A stretch of 61,116 nucleotides of DNA, filler included, from Dirinaria sp. TL-2023a (lineage: Eukaryota), in NCBI GenBank assembly GCA_051941275.1. It is 3 parts of 3 records of this genome, joined end to end, with 100 filler letters (N's around TTAATTAATTAA, not from the genome) between each part and the next. Parts side by side here need not be neighbours in the genome. Positions count along the whole stretch, not along the records: positions 1 to 20,313 come from JAVEBF010000292.1; positions 20,414 to 40,725 come from JAVEBF010000293.1; 1 more part is not named here. One strand, 5' to 3'. Each line of letters begins with the position of its first letter. The stretch's first letter is position 1. Below the pieces are notes generated by a model that was not told where the DNA came from, made no database searches, and saw only the letters and a list, made by a program, of their open reading frames with translations. The position numbers and the translations under genes are program-made. Shown piece by piece: positions 11,929 to 22,297 of the stretch.

Positions 11929-14900
11929 TGATCAAACTATTGTGGAGGTAACCCTGGCAATGACCCGAGGCTTGAACAATGACGGTAGAAGAGGTGGAAG
12001 CAATTCTAGTGCAAATAGTCACGCCAGTGAACATACCGATGGCAGTACCGATTGGCAACTCGTTCGTATGATACTCGAACTCGAAACATTTAGACATGGG
12101 AAAGGTGAACGACGTGTTTCAAAAACAGACGAAATTGAGTTCCTCATCAGACATTGAAAATTCTGAGGCGATAGAAAATGAGGTCGTGGCTTATTATGAG
12201 TCGGATTTGGAAAAGTTGAACCAAGTCGTGCATCGAGCTCCGCTTTTGGTAGCCCTCAAAATACACTCGTTGAATCTGTCAATAGTTCTGGGAGCTGCCG
12301 AGATTAAAATAAATCGTTGTACGGCATGAGGTAGAAAGTAATGCGCTTTCCAAACTATCACTGAAGTGTCCTGGTACAAGTTCCCCCCTCGTATATTTAG
12401 ATTCCCATGACTCTGTAGTTGCGCTCTATCTTCCAAACACCGAGAAGCTAGTGGGAGGCAAATGCGAGATGTGAGGAAGGACTGGTAGACGCGTAAATGT
12501 ATAACATTGTCTACTGAAGGACTTTAGAGATTTCCTTCCACAGTGGAGGGTAAGAAGTTTCAGAACATTATCGTGTCGTACCAGGAAATGGGATTGCTAC
12601 GGAGGTGCAGCGGAGAGCGGCAACAGCTGTGGATAAGTGAGATTTCCCAAAAACTTCGTCCTGCAGGGCCGCCCACTTCCAAACTCGGCACAATGTCTCC
12701 AAAACCTTGCATTGACGAGCATGACGTCTGCTTTGCCAGCGCTGCAGACTGATAGATGAAGCTAGCTATCAAGAGTGCTTCCGATGCCTCATGGGACTTG
12801 CATGGTCAAAACTTGTATATTGATGTTGACATCTTCGGTGGCAGATCCATGGCAGAGGCGCCGTCATAGCAGTCAGGGATTACATAAAAAATGCTGCGCC
12901 TAGAGGCAAATAAATTTGTATGGCTTTGAGGCTGATACTTGGGGCGCGTAGATAGGCATACGAGTGCTTCCGCAATGCGACATCGGTTGTGATATCGAAG
13001 CAGGCAATTTTGACCATATGTAGAGGCCCAAGAAGGTTCTCGAAATGCTTTTTGTACTCATTGCTATAGAATTGATCCAATATACGATTTAAATATCGCT
13101 ATTTTCATTGCAAAGACCAGGAGAAGGGGAGAAGAGGCTCGATCCAGTGTCAAGCCTCGGTTACAGAACTGCATAGGAATGATGCCAGACCTGTGTGCGC
13201 ACTCAAGGTCTCAAAGCCATCAATGGCCCGATAGTACGGCGCCACGTATTGAAACGCTTTCCCCTAGTCAAGCTAGGCACTGAGGGGGAGGTTCTGGAGC
13301 AGCGGTGACAGAGACTAGAGGTAGAAAGATGCTTGAGAAAACAACAAGGATTTGGTGACATACATCTCCGCTTATTTTGAGGCGTCAGTCGCCTGTGAGC
13401 CTGGAACATATATTTTCGGCGTAGCATTGGACGTGAATGAGATGTGCTGTTGACGCATATGCGCGAGCGAGGAGGATAAGGTCATGTCTTGTGGTAAAGG
13501 CATGCTTGTTTATTCCTTTCTCTTGTCCACGGTACCACATTTGAAGAATGAAGTGATCCGTGGTCAGCCTGACTCTTTTCCGATGCCCGATATAGGGGAC
13601 AAGTCGTCTATGGTGGAGTATGAGTGGCGAGATATTATTTGAAGGTGTCATGCGTGTCTTTTGACACCGACTCGTGGAGTTGTAGCTGGTCGCGGGAGGC
13701 AGCTGCAAGAGGCTATCTTGATCGAGGATTCCGACTTCTTTGTTCGACACGTGGGCGGTTTAGAATATGTAATTGACGGTAATAGAAGAGGTGATGTAGA
13801 TGGTGTCGAAGTAGACTTGACAGGGGTGATCAAGACAGAAAATAGTCCTGGATCTCGAGGCTGCTAATGGTGGAAAGCATAGTGCAACAGCCGGTTCTTC
13901 ATACGCAGACGCTGTGAACACGGCTTCAATGATGGTGGTTGTGTATATAAGTGTTGATGTAGAAGTCGACTCTCATCCACTGCCGGTACCGAAGTCGCTG
14001 TAGACTCCTTGTGTTGATACTGTACAGGATCAGGAAGTGTTTCGTTGCTAGGAGGACGGGTCGCAATATCAAGCGGCATTGTTTCTCGCTGTCACAAGTT
14101 CATAGTGATATGCTGTTAGCTACGTGCACCGATGCTAGAGTTGATAAAGGCTTCTGATGGATAGAAATTCGCACTTTGACTCTCCCTTCGAGCACCACGT
14201 CGATGGTGATACACTTGATAGTGTCGGTGTCTTTCGTTGATGCGTTGTAGAATACCGCGTCGATCATTTGCTTCTCGGGACAATGATGACGCGAGCCTTG
14301 ATAGATCAGATAGAAGTGTCTGCGATGATGTTTTGTGTGGTAGATTACTTCGAAGGACAAGGATTGCTATTTAATTTTGGGGATGTACGTGGTAGTAAGC
14401 ATGATATCAAAGGTAGCGTTGTTGGTGCCGACCACTTTCCGACATAGTCGATTGTTGAAGGATGTCGCCGTTGATGCTACACACTAGCTGCGTATTGCCG
14501 ACGATGTCTATATCTTGGAGGGCCAGGTCCTTTGGAGTTGTGTGTCTTTATCGCTGACATCTCGAATCTTGCTAAGCTACTGATTCTTGAAAATTGATCT
14601 CCCCAGGTGGTCTAGAGAGACAGATTGCCATGGCTGTGACTGGCTACTGCTTCTATGCAGCCACAACCCTGGAGCTTCAAAAGCATAGAAGACACAAGCA
14701 GGGAGCAGGCAAATGCTCTTCTTGATACTGTCTTACGCCATGGAACTAGAGAATGCCGACAGCAACGTCTTTCAAAGCGGGGATGGCCGTTGTCTAGAAG
14801 TGTGGGAACACGACATGTGCGCCAAGATCCTTGGGGGGGGGCGGATTAAAACTATCTGGGTACTCCGAACTGCATTATGACAAGGTGTAGATAGGGAGAT

Positions 14901-17388
14901 CGAAATGATTAAGGTCTCGATCATTATTGTCAACGGATGTTCGGCAAATATCACGGCTTATTACCACTTGATGTCTCGTCCATTTTATTTCTTTCTCCGA
15001 TCAGAAGTGCTTCCGAAGCCTATGAAAGAGATGGCTCGCCAAAAGTTGTGCATTGATATGCGCCTCGGCAAAGTCAGAAACGAGGTTGTGGGGGAGCGCA
15101 ATCAGCATCAAAATGACCTGCCTCTGGCGTCAACTCCTCTCTCTGCCTCTAGAAACGAGACCTGCAGTGGGCGGTGAGAGAAACAATGCATCGGAATTGC
15201 GTTACCCGATATGATACTGAGATAGTTGAGAAGGTCTTGGGGGGTGCTGGAATTGATACCTAGAAATTGATACCTAGATCTATTAATGTATCCACCAAAG
15301 ATATCGTTGAATGGGCGGACTTCATCCATATCATCGAAATTGCTGTCACATCATCATGTAATACGCCGCAATAACACCATTTCTAGGACGACTTAACGCA
15401 TGTACGTTTTCTAACATACCTATATGCGCGCCAGAGATGTCCAAAAGATTGACATGAACACATGCAGTGGCAATGAAACGGCATGCCGCGATTGCATGTA
15501 GGTTCTTACATCTATAAACCTTGTTCCAGCTAAACCGGGTTCTATGGATCTTTCTTCTAATGCATATGAACTATTTCGTCGAGAGCCTCTTTGTTGCTTG
15601 GAGGCTATCGTCGTACACTGAGTGAAAGGACATCTCGTTGACGTGATTTCAAGCGGCGTCCGTGCGCTGTCGCTGTCCTTCAGACTTTCTAAAATCGCCA
15701 GATCGAAATGTGATTTCACGGGAAGGTCGAAGATGACAGGAGCCATTGTGAGCTGAGAGATGATGCATGCTGGTGGATCCAGCCCCACGGACTTCTTCCA
15801 CGTCCCCAACCGGCGGATGTTCCTCGAGATCAAAGACTGCAAGCTGTGTCGTTATTCCGATTGCTCAGAGACCAACGACGCTGATGATATCTGTAAAGAG
15901 ATGCTTGAACCTTGAGGTACAATTCTTCATCATGTAGAGCTCGAGCTGCAAGAGAGCTCAGCACAGCACAACATGTACACTGGAGCTATATTCGCCATAA
16001 TGATAACATTGTTACAGGCGGGACGTGTCTGGGAATTTTTACTACCGTAAGGCTCGTCTTCAACGCTGTCCGTGCAAATTTGTTGGGTGACGACACAATT
16101 TCGAAGTCAGTGGTAGAAACTTCCTGGCACTGCCTGCTGTGCATTTAGTCTAAGCATGATTCAAATGTTTGTGCAGACTCTACCCCGCTTCACAAAACAA
16201 GATGACCTGGTCTCGCAAATCTGTCGCAGCTTTCAACCGTTTCGTTCGACGAATCCCACTGGCGTTGCTGCGATAGGATGGTCCAGATGCGGGGAAAATT
16301 CTTCAATGTATCCACAAGGTTTTCAAGATAACGAAATGAGTTGTCCAGTAGGTGGAAATTTTATGATTGTAGTGCCAGGATGTATGGCTAAGACAGCTAA
16401 GCTGTTAATAGTTAGCGGTCGCTGTGATCTGCAAGTGCCATTCAGCTGATTGGTTCCCGCCATCGACTTCAGCCAGAGCCGAAGATCTCCAACTCGCCTA
16501 AGAGAGATTTCGGTTAAAGGCATATTGCTTTTGCATGCGCATGTTGATCACCAGTGCAGTATCGACGCAGGAATCTTCAGCCTGGAGTTGTAATACCACA
16601 CCATCTCTGCCAGACTCTGATCTGATTACATAAGTAAAGAGTAAGTATTGCTTCTATAGCTAAAGTCCACTGTGATCCTTTAAGGTAAGGTACTGATGGA
16701 TGATAAAAGTTTAGCCCACGCGGCAACTGATCGATCACCCATTCAAAGTGGGAATGTACTGACGTTTCACCAGACAAGGAACTCGTGGTTCGAAAGCCAC
16801 TTGATTGCCGTTGGGCCGGCGGCAGGCTGAAGAAACCTGCAGTCGGAGACCCACTCCCTTGCAAGAGTCCACTCGGATTGCAGCCCAGATTATGCCAAAG
16901 TGGGGAATAGAGAGCTACGACAATTGAACAACACTGACATCATGTGTTGAGGGCATTGACCGGATGAGCTTCAGCCTTCCCTTTGCGCTTGTAAACCCAG
17001 CATCGTCAAGGCCGCCGACAAGATCTCACCAATTAGAGGATAGGGTCAACTTCCATTCGTTCTCTGCGCTTAATGAAAGACTGTGGATCATGAAACGAAT
17101 CAATGGGTCGATATACCGCAATGTATCTCGCAATGCGTCTCACAGTGCATCTCTGTGCTTCTCCATTTCTGTGCATACAGCTGCATGAGTTATCTTGCAT
17201 CGAATCACTGGAATAGCTCGTCCACTAAGAAGATCACCCGTATCTGTGGCGAACAGCCGTGCCAGTGGCCAACAGTGGATCAATTCTGGGGAAGTGGGGT
17301 TAATACAAGATCGGGCACCATGAACCGTCTCATACCCTCTTCCCAAATCATCTACGCAAGATTGTCATCTCTCTTTCCAACCTTCATC

Positions 17389-18600
17389 ATGGCGCTTGCT
17401 CAGTATTCATTGAACTGGGCGTCGAATGTGTGCGGTGCGGCCACGAGTTACTTTCACAGCGCCACTCTACCATTTCCGGGGCCCAAGGCAACTGTGATAC
17501 AAGATGTTCAGATTTGGGATGGCGAGAAAGTCCTTGACGAGACAAGCATTACTATTGAAGGACAGACGATCGCCTTTATTGGCGAACAGAAGAACCCCAG
17601 AAACGCCAAGATAGTGAAGGGTAACGGCGGTTTCTTGATGCCGGGTTTGATAGATACCCACGTCCACGTTGCTACTGTTATGGCACCGGCCACATTCGAC
17701 TTATGGAGCTACAAGCATTTGAAGACGCTTGTGAACTTTGGAATAACTACGGGCTTTGACATGGGGTCATTCCCCTCCTCCAAGATGCCACAATTCCATG
17801 AATTAGGCTCAAAAGGTCTCCCATCTCTTTTATGGTCTGGTGCAGCGGCTTGCGTTTCGGGAGGGTTTCCAGGCATGCTGCCTGGCTTTCCCAAGGAATC
17901 AATCATAAATTCCACGCAAAATGCAACGGACTATGCCGAAATCCGGATTAATGAAGGGGTGGATTACATCAAGATATTCATCAACGATAAAGGGTTGCCG
18001 AAGCAGGAGTATCAGGAGATCATCAAGAGTATAGCCGACGAAAACAACAAATTGGTCATATCTCATGCTCCCAGTTTCGTTGCCCACGACGTCGCTCGTA
18101 GTGTCGGCGGAAAGTTCATAACCCATGTGCCCAAAGACAAGGCGCTCAATTACACCGGGGTCCAGGAGATGCGGGATAATGATCAAATCGCTATCCCAAC
18201 ATTGATCATGTCCCAGAATCTTATCCGCATGTTAAAGATCTTTGATCCCCAAAGTCCAGTGGACTACAGCTTTGCTAACGACAGCGTTGCTTTGATGCAA
18301 GAATTGGGTGTTCCGATCTTGGTTGGCACCGACGCCAGTGGACCTGTCGGGTTCGTCGGATACGGTGAAAGCCTTCACGAGGAACTGGGCCTTCTTTACG
18401 ATGCTGGGGTGCCCACTCAGGATATTCTCCGCGGAGCTACTTCGCTTCCGGCAAAATACTTCAACCTCGCAGACCGAGGCAGGATCGCTAAAGATTTAAG
18501 GGCGGATCTCTTGCTACTGAAAAAAAATCCTTTTGATGATATTACGAACTCAAAAACGGTGTCCAGAGTTTGGACTGCCGGTAAACAAGCTTATCCTTAA
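17389..18600 (+). CDS. Amidohydrolase superfamily protein (imidazolonepropionase-like, Amidohydro_1)
   Basis: GGFLMPGLIDTHVH (HxH), GITTGFDMGS, GVDYIKIF, SHAP, THVP, ILVGTDA, LHEELGLL, RGRIAKDLRADLLLL. The ORF is open from 17083; ATG 17389 (ttcatcATGG) was chosen as the likely start, giving 403 aa, intronless. Confidence 0.88.
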   Translation: MALAQYSLNWASNVCGAATSYFHSATLPFPGPKATVIQDVQIWDGEKVLDETSITIEGQTIAFIGEQKNPRNAKIVKGNGGFLMPGLIDTHVHVATVMAPATFDLWSYKHLKTLVNFGITTGFDMGSFPSSKMPQFHELGSKGLPSLLWSGAAACVSGGFPGMLPGFPKESIINSTQNATDYAEIRINEGVDYIKIFINDKGLPKQEYQEIIKSIADENNKLVISHAPSFVAHDVARSVGGKFITHVPKDKALNYTGVQEMRDNDQIAIPTLIMSQNLIRMLKIFDPQSPVDYSFANDSVALMQELGVPILVGTDASGPVGFVGYGESLHEELGLLYDAGVPTQDILRGATSLPAKYFNLADRGRIAKDLRADLLLLKKNPFDDITNSKTVSRVWTAGKQAYP

Positions 18601-20093
18601 GGTCAGTCTGCTTTCGATCCCTGATCCTAGACTCAAGCTAATAATCGAGAGAAACCAGTTTATCGAATTGCGAAAGACTTTTCCATTGCCTCACGTGCAT
18701 TTGTATCTTTTCCGTTGTCTGCAGAAATTGATGGTTTGAGTAAAAGTTGTGGGATCTTTTCGTGTATGACTTGTGTATGCAAGGGTTATCGTCTGTGATA
18801 AGGTGTTTCAACACTACCTTTTCGCAGCTCGCAGTTCCAGTGTGTTACCTCCCCTAATAGGAGGCAGTTCACGCTTGACATCTTCTCCTCAAAAGTGAAC
18901 TCTCTCCGGGGGTGAAATAGGACTCCGCAGAATTCAACATTCGGCTGACATGGAGATTGTATTCAGAATTCGAGCCCGAGTTCTTTAGGCGATTGATTCT
19001 CTCATGAGAGCGTATCTGTCTGTAAAATGTTCCTTGGTCGAACCGCATCGGACGCTCCAACACTATCATGGGTATTTAGCATTCCCCTGACATATTCTAA
19101 ATAGCATCATCATTCATCTATCACAAATCTGATCATCACTTCCCATGCAGGGATCGTGTCATAAGAACTGTCTTCTCGTTCTACTCGTACTTCACTTTAG
19201 TGTGCCACGCCTTGAACGCGAACCCATTATTAAAATGTTAGATGGGGGGGGCGGTAGTAGTAGATAAAATCACAATCGCGAGACATATCAGGCTTTGACG
19301 ATCGAAGTAAGATTTCTAACATTGTCATCTTTGACTGGGATTTACGAAAGGCGTGGTCCTGCCCAGTCGAAATAGTCAGAGAACAACTCGAATCCCGTTC
19401 CGTCCTTAGACGAGCAATTCGAACAGGGCACTGGATGGCTTCAAGTCAAGAACAGAATTGGGAGACAATACAGTTTTGTAAACACCAGGTCCCTCGAAAC
19501 AGGAGACAGTTCGGGGAAAGGGGTGTCAACCTAAAGCGTCAAGGAAAACAATCGAAGCGGAGACCAGTATTCTGATGTCCACATTGGTGGGAGGCTGGGG
19601 GGGAAATTCCGTCTGTCCAAAGAACCAGTTCCGCCCGTAGCTTCTACTGACGCGCACTTGTAAGATGACCGTCTTCCATGCTGCCCAAAAAATCATCATG
19701 GTATCCATGATCATATCGATCATCTCAGACCAGTCCCACATCAGACTACGCTGGGATCGACTTAGCTTTTCTCCACGTAAATGCTGTTGTGACGCCAAAA
19801 TCGACAAGTCGAGCGATATCTGAGGTTGAAAGACGAACTTTTCTCGGGCCTTGCAGAGCAAGAAAGAAATGTTTAGATGTCTGCGATGTTATCTCACAAA
19901 GATTATCGATGTCACGATGTTATTTTGTAAAAATCATCGATGTTATCTTGAGTGCGTACTTGATAAGTATGTGATTGTGTTTATACAGTCATCTCATTTA
20001 AAAACATAAGAACATAAAATTTTCAAATGCAATTGACAATACGAGACGATCTGTCGAATGCGAATAACGACATTCAGACAAATTTCAAACAAC

Positions 20094-20306
20094 TGTTACG
20101 AGCATGCACCTGATATACTACCTGGGGCAACACCTCCCAGGGTTCTCAGGGGTAATGCGCTAACTCGATCGGGATACGCGACACCCGCACGCGTATATAC
20201 CCGGGACCCCCTTTGTATCTAGTTTTCCTTCTTCTTCTTTCCTTCCTTAGTAATAATATCTTAGTTAACTATATCTGCATTGACTTGTTCTGCACCGGTC
20301 CTAACA
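20094..20306 (+). mobile_element. Probable LTR (213 bp) at contig end
   Basis: TGTTA...TAACA termini, internal TATA-like GTATATAC followed by a pyrimidine tract and AATAAT. No matching TSD, and the contig breaks 7 bp later, consistent with one end of a larger element. Confidence 0.55.
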
Positions 20307-20313
20307 TGAATTT

Positions 20314-20413
20314 NNNNNNNNNNNNNNNNNNNNNNNNNNNNNNNNNNNNNNNNNNNNTTAATTAATTAANNNNNNNNNNNNNNNNNNNNNNNNNNNNNNN
20401 NNNNNNNNNNNNN
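20314..20413. other. Artificial contig linker (44 N + TTAATTAATTAA + 44 N)
   Basis: Exactly 100 bp. The 12-mer at 20358-20369 places stop codons in all six frames. Confidence 0.98.
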
Positions 20414-20459
20414 GAGAGGGTGGGATGAGGATGGAGAAAGGGGAATGGGGGGAACGTAC

Positions 20460-21787
20460 GAAGAGTAGGGAAACCGCGGCTATCGAACTCGACGCCGAAA
20501 CGCCCTTCTTTGATCAAGAAGCTCGTGTAGAACATATTCTCCACCGACTGGCCGAAGGAATGCGGATTGATCACGAAGCGGAACAGAGATACCCCGCCAT
20601 CGGGCGCGAGGCCGTGTCGCTCGAACACGGCCAGCAGTTCCTCTTCCGTCATCTCCTCCGTGGCTTCTTCCTGCGCCGCTTCTTGGCCTTCGGCTTGGAT
20701 CTTGCCGAGCAGGGCCCGGATCTTGTTGCAGAGGAAGGTCAAGTTGTTGTTCTCTGCTTTCTCGTTCCCCGTGACTTTGACTTCTTCGGGCCGAATCGCG
20801 TCTCGGGGGTCTTGATGTCGGAGTCGCTCTCTGCGCTGTGTCTGTTTCCGGACACGCTTTTGTACTGATAGCGGGCCGAGCAGGAAGCCTGGCACTGGTG
20901 GTCGGAGGTTGTGGGGGAAACACGCTTGTCTTCCTAGCCATTCCCAGTTGAACTCGTCGCCTTCGTCGCCGCTGCCTCCTGCTGCGCTGTCGTCGTCGGA
21001 GTTCTGTTCCCGCCGGCGTCTTCGCTGTGTAGAGCTCGTTGCTTGGACGCTGCTGTCTGCGCGCCGCATGAAGCTCCGGCATTTGTTGATGAAGTCGTCG
21101 ACGTCGATGCCTTGTCCGCCGTCGCCGAGGTTCAATTGTTGGGTTCGTTTCACGGATAGATCGGCAGTCGATACTAAAAGGCGGGAATCGAGAGTCGCGT
21201 CAGAGGTTTGTTTGACGTTTCCGTAGAGATCATTCGCTTTTGTAAGGGTCTCTACTAGACCGTTCGAGCTTGTCTTGAGGTACTCGGCTCGGGAGTCTAG
21301 CATTACGTCAGTCAGTGATTCGAACTACTGGGTAGGGTAGAGGTAGAAGTGTACCTGTCAACTCGCGCGAAAGGTCGCGGTATTCCTTGCGAATTGCTCT
21401 TCGCTCCTCGATAGTCTGGTCGGGATCATACACTGATCGGTCGCCCGCCTCTTCCAGCCTTTTCTGATGCGCGGCTTGTGTTGCGTTAGGCGCATCGCGT
21501 TCACTCAGCCTCCTTCTTTTACTAGCTCGTCCCGAAGTAGGCTCTTCGAGTACTGGAGTAGGTAGCTTGGAAGGCGGAGGCATGGCTCGCGATTTTCCGT
21601 TACTCGGACGCGATCTCGCTGTACTTCGGTTCTCTTTATCGGAAGAGAAAGACGCGGCCGGCGAAACTGAACTAATTTCTGGATTTGTGACGCGTTCAGT
21701 TTGCCGTCGCACTGAAGCGTCGCCGCTTTCGTGATCGCTCTCCGCGTCTGAGGGTTCTGGAGAGGAGAGAACAGCACGGCGTGCCAT
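20460..21787 (-). CDS. nse4: Smc5/6 complex kleisin subunit Nse4 (3' end lost at contig edge)
   Basis: Exon 1 21787-21355, intron GTACAC...CTGAC...CTAG, exon 2 21296-20460, then a GTACGT donor running into the gap. Motifs RRAIRKEYRDL, QTSDATLDSRLLV, LLGPLSVQKR, LFRFVINPHSFGQSVENMFYTSFLIKEG. Confidence 0.92.
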
Positions 21788-22297
21788 TGTGGAGCAGCTT
21801 TGGAAAAAGTAATGACTGGGTGTTGTGTTGAGGAGTCAGATTTCTCTCGGTTAACTGCTTTCTCCGCAAGAGCCGCAAACGGCAGCTCAGACGACTAGGC
21901 ACGTCCGTCCGATCTTAGGGAAGTCGGTTATTGGAGTTGTGGGAATCTGTAGACCTGCGATCATTCGCGTCTAGGGAAAGTGTCTCAGAAATAATTTGAG
22001 GAGAAACAGGAGATCTGAGGGCGAAGTCGGATAGTGCTTGGTAAATAAAATAGCCTCAGTGCCTCACTCACTCATAGCGCACTTTCGAGTTCGTGATTCA
22101 ATTAAGCTCGAATTCACGCGCGTTAGCCTTTTCTAGCGCCGTTTGAGATGATTCGTTTCCGGCCGCTCTCGGCTTTAACCTGCTAAGCCGGAAATAAGGT
22201 GAGCTTGGTCATCAGGCTAGATATTTCTTTGCCTCACCTGTATAAATGTATGATAAACTAGAGGGAGAGTGTGCCAGCAGTGTTTGAATGAAGAGTA
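21788..22297. promoter_or_regulatory. Probable bidirectional promoter between nse4 and vps34
   Basis: 510 bp between two divergent start codons. Contains ACGCG/CGCGT MCB-like cores near 22116-22123 and a TATAAA at 22241-22246. Function inferred. Confidence 0.5.

Noticed and set aside
14950..15750. Faint resemblance of minus-strand fragments to a fungal O-methyltransferase
   Set aside because: No intact SAM-binding DxGGGxG motif, and the similarity is too weak to support by eye.
20362..20459. C-terminal extension of the 313-aa ORF (TFPPFPFLHPHPTL-XXX-N)
   Set aside because: It is nse4 intron sequence plus linker; the stop comes from the artificial TTAATTAATTAA.
20425..21226. Long plus-strand and alternate-frame ORFs over nse4
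   Set aside because: Shadow ORFs of a GC-rich coding exon. The same applies to antisense ORFs over vps34, the laccase, rib3 and the transporter.
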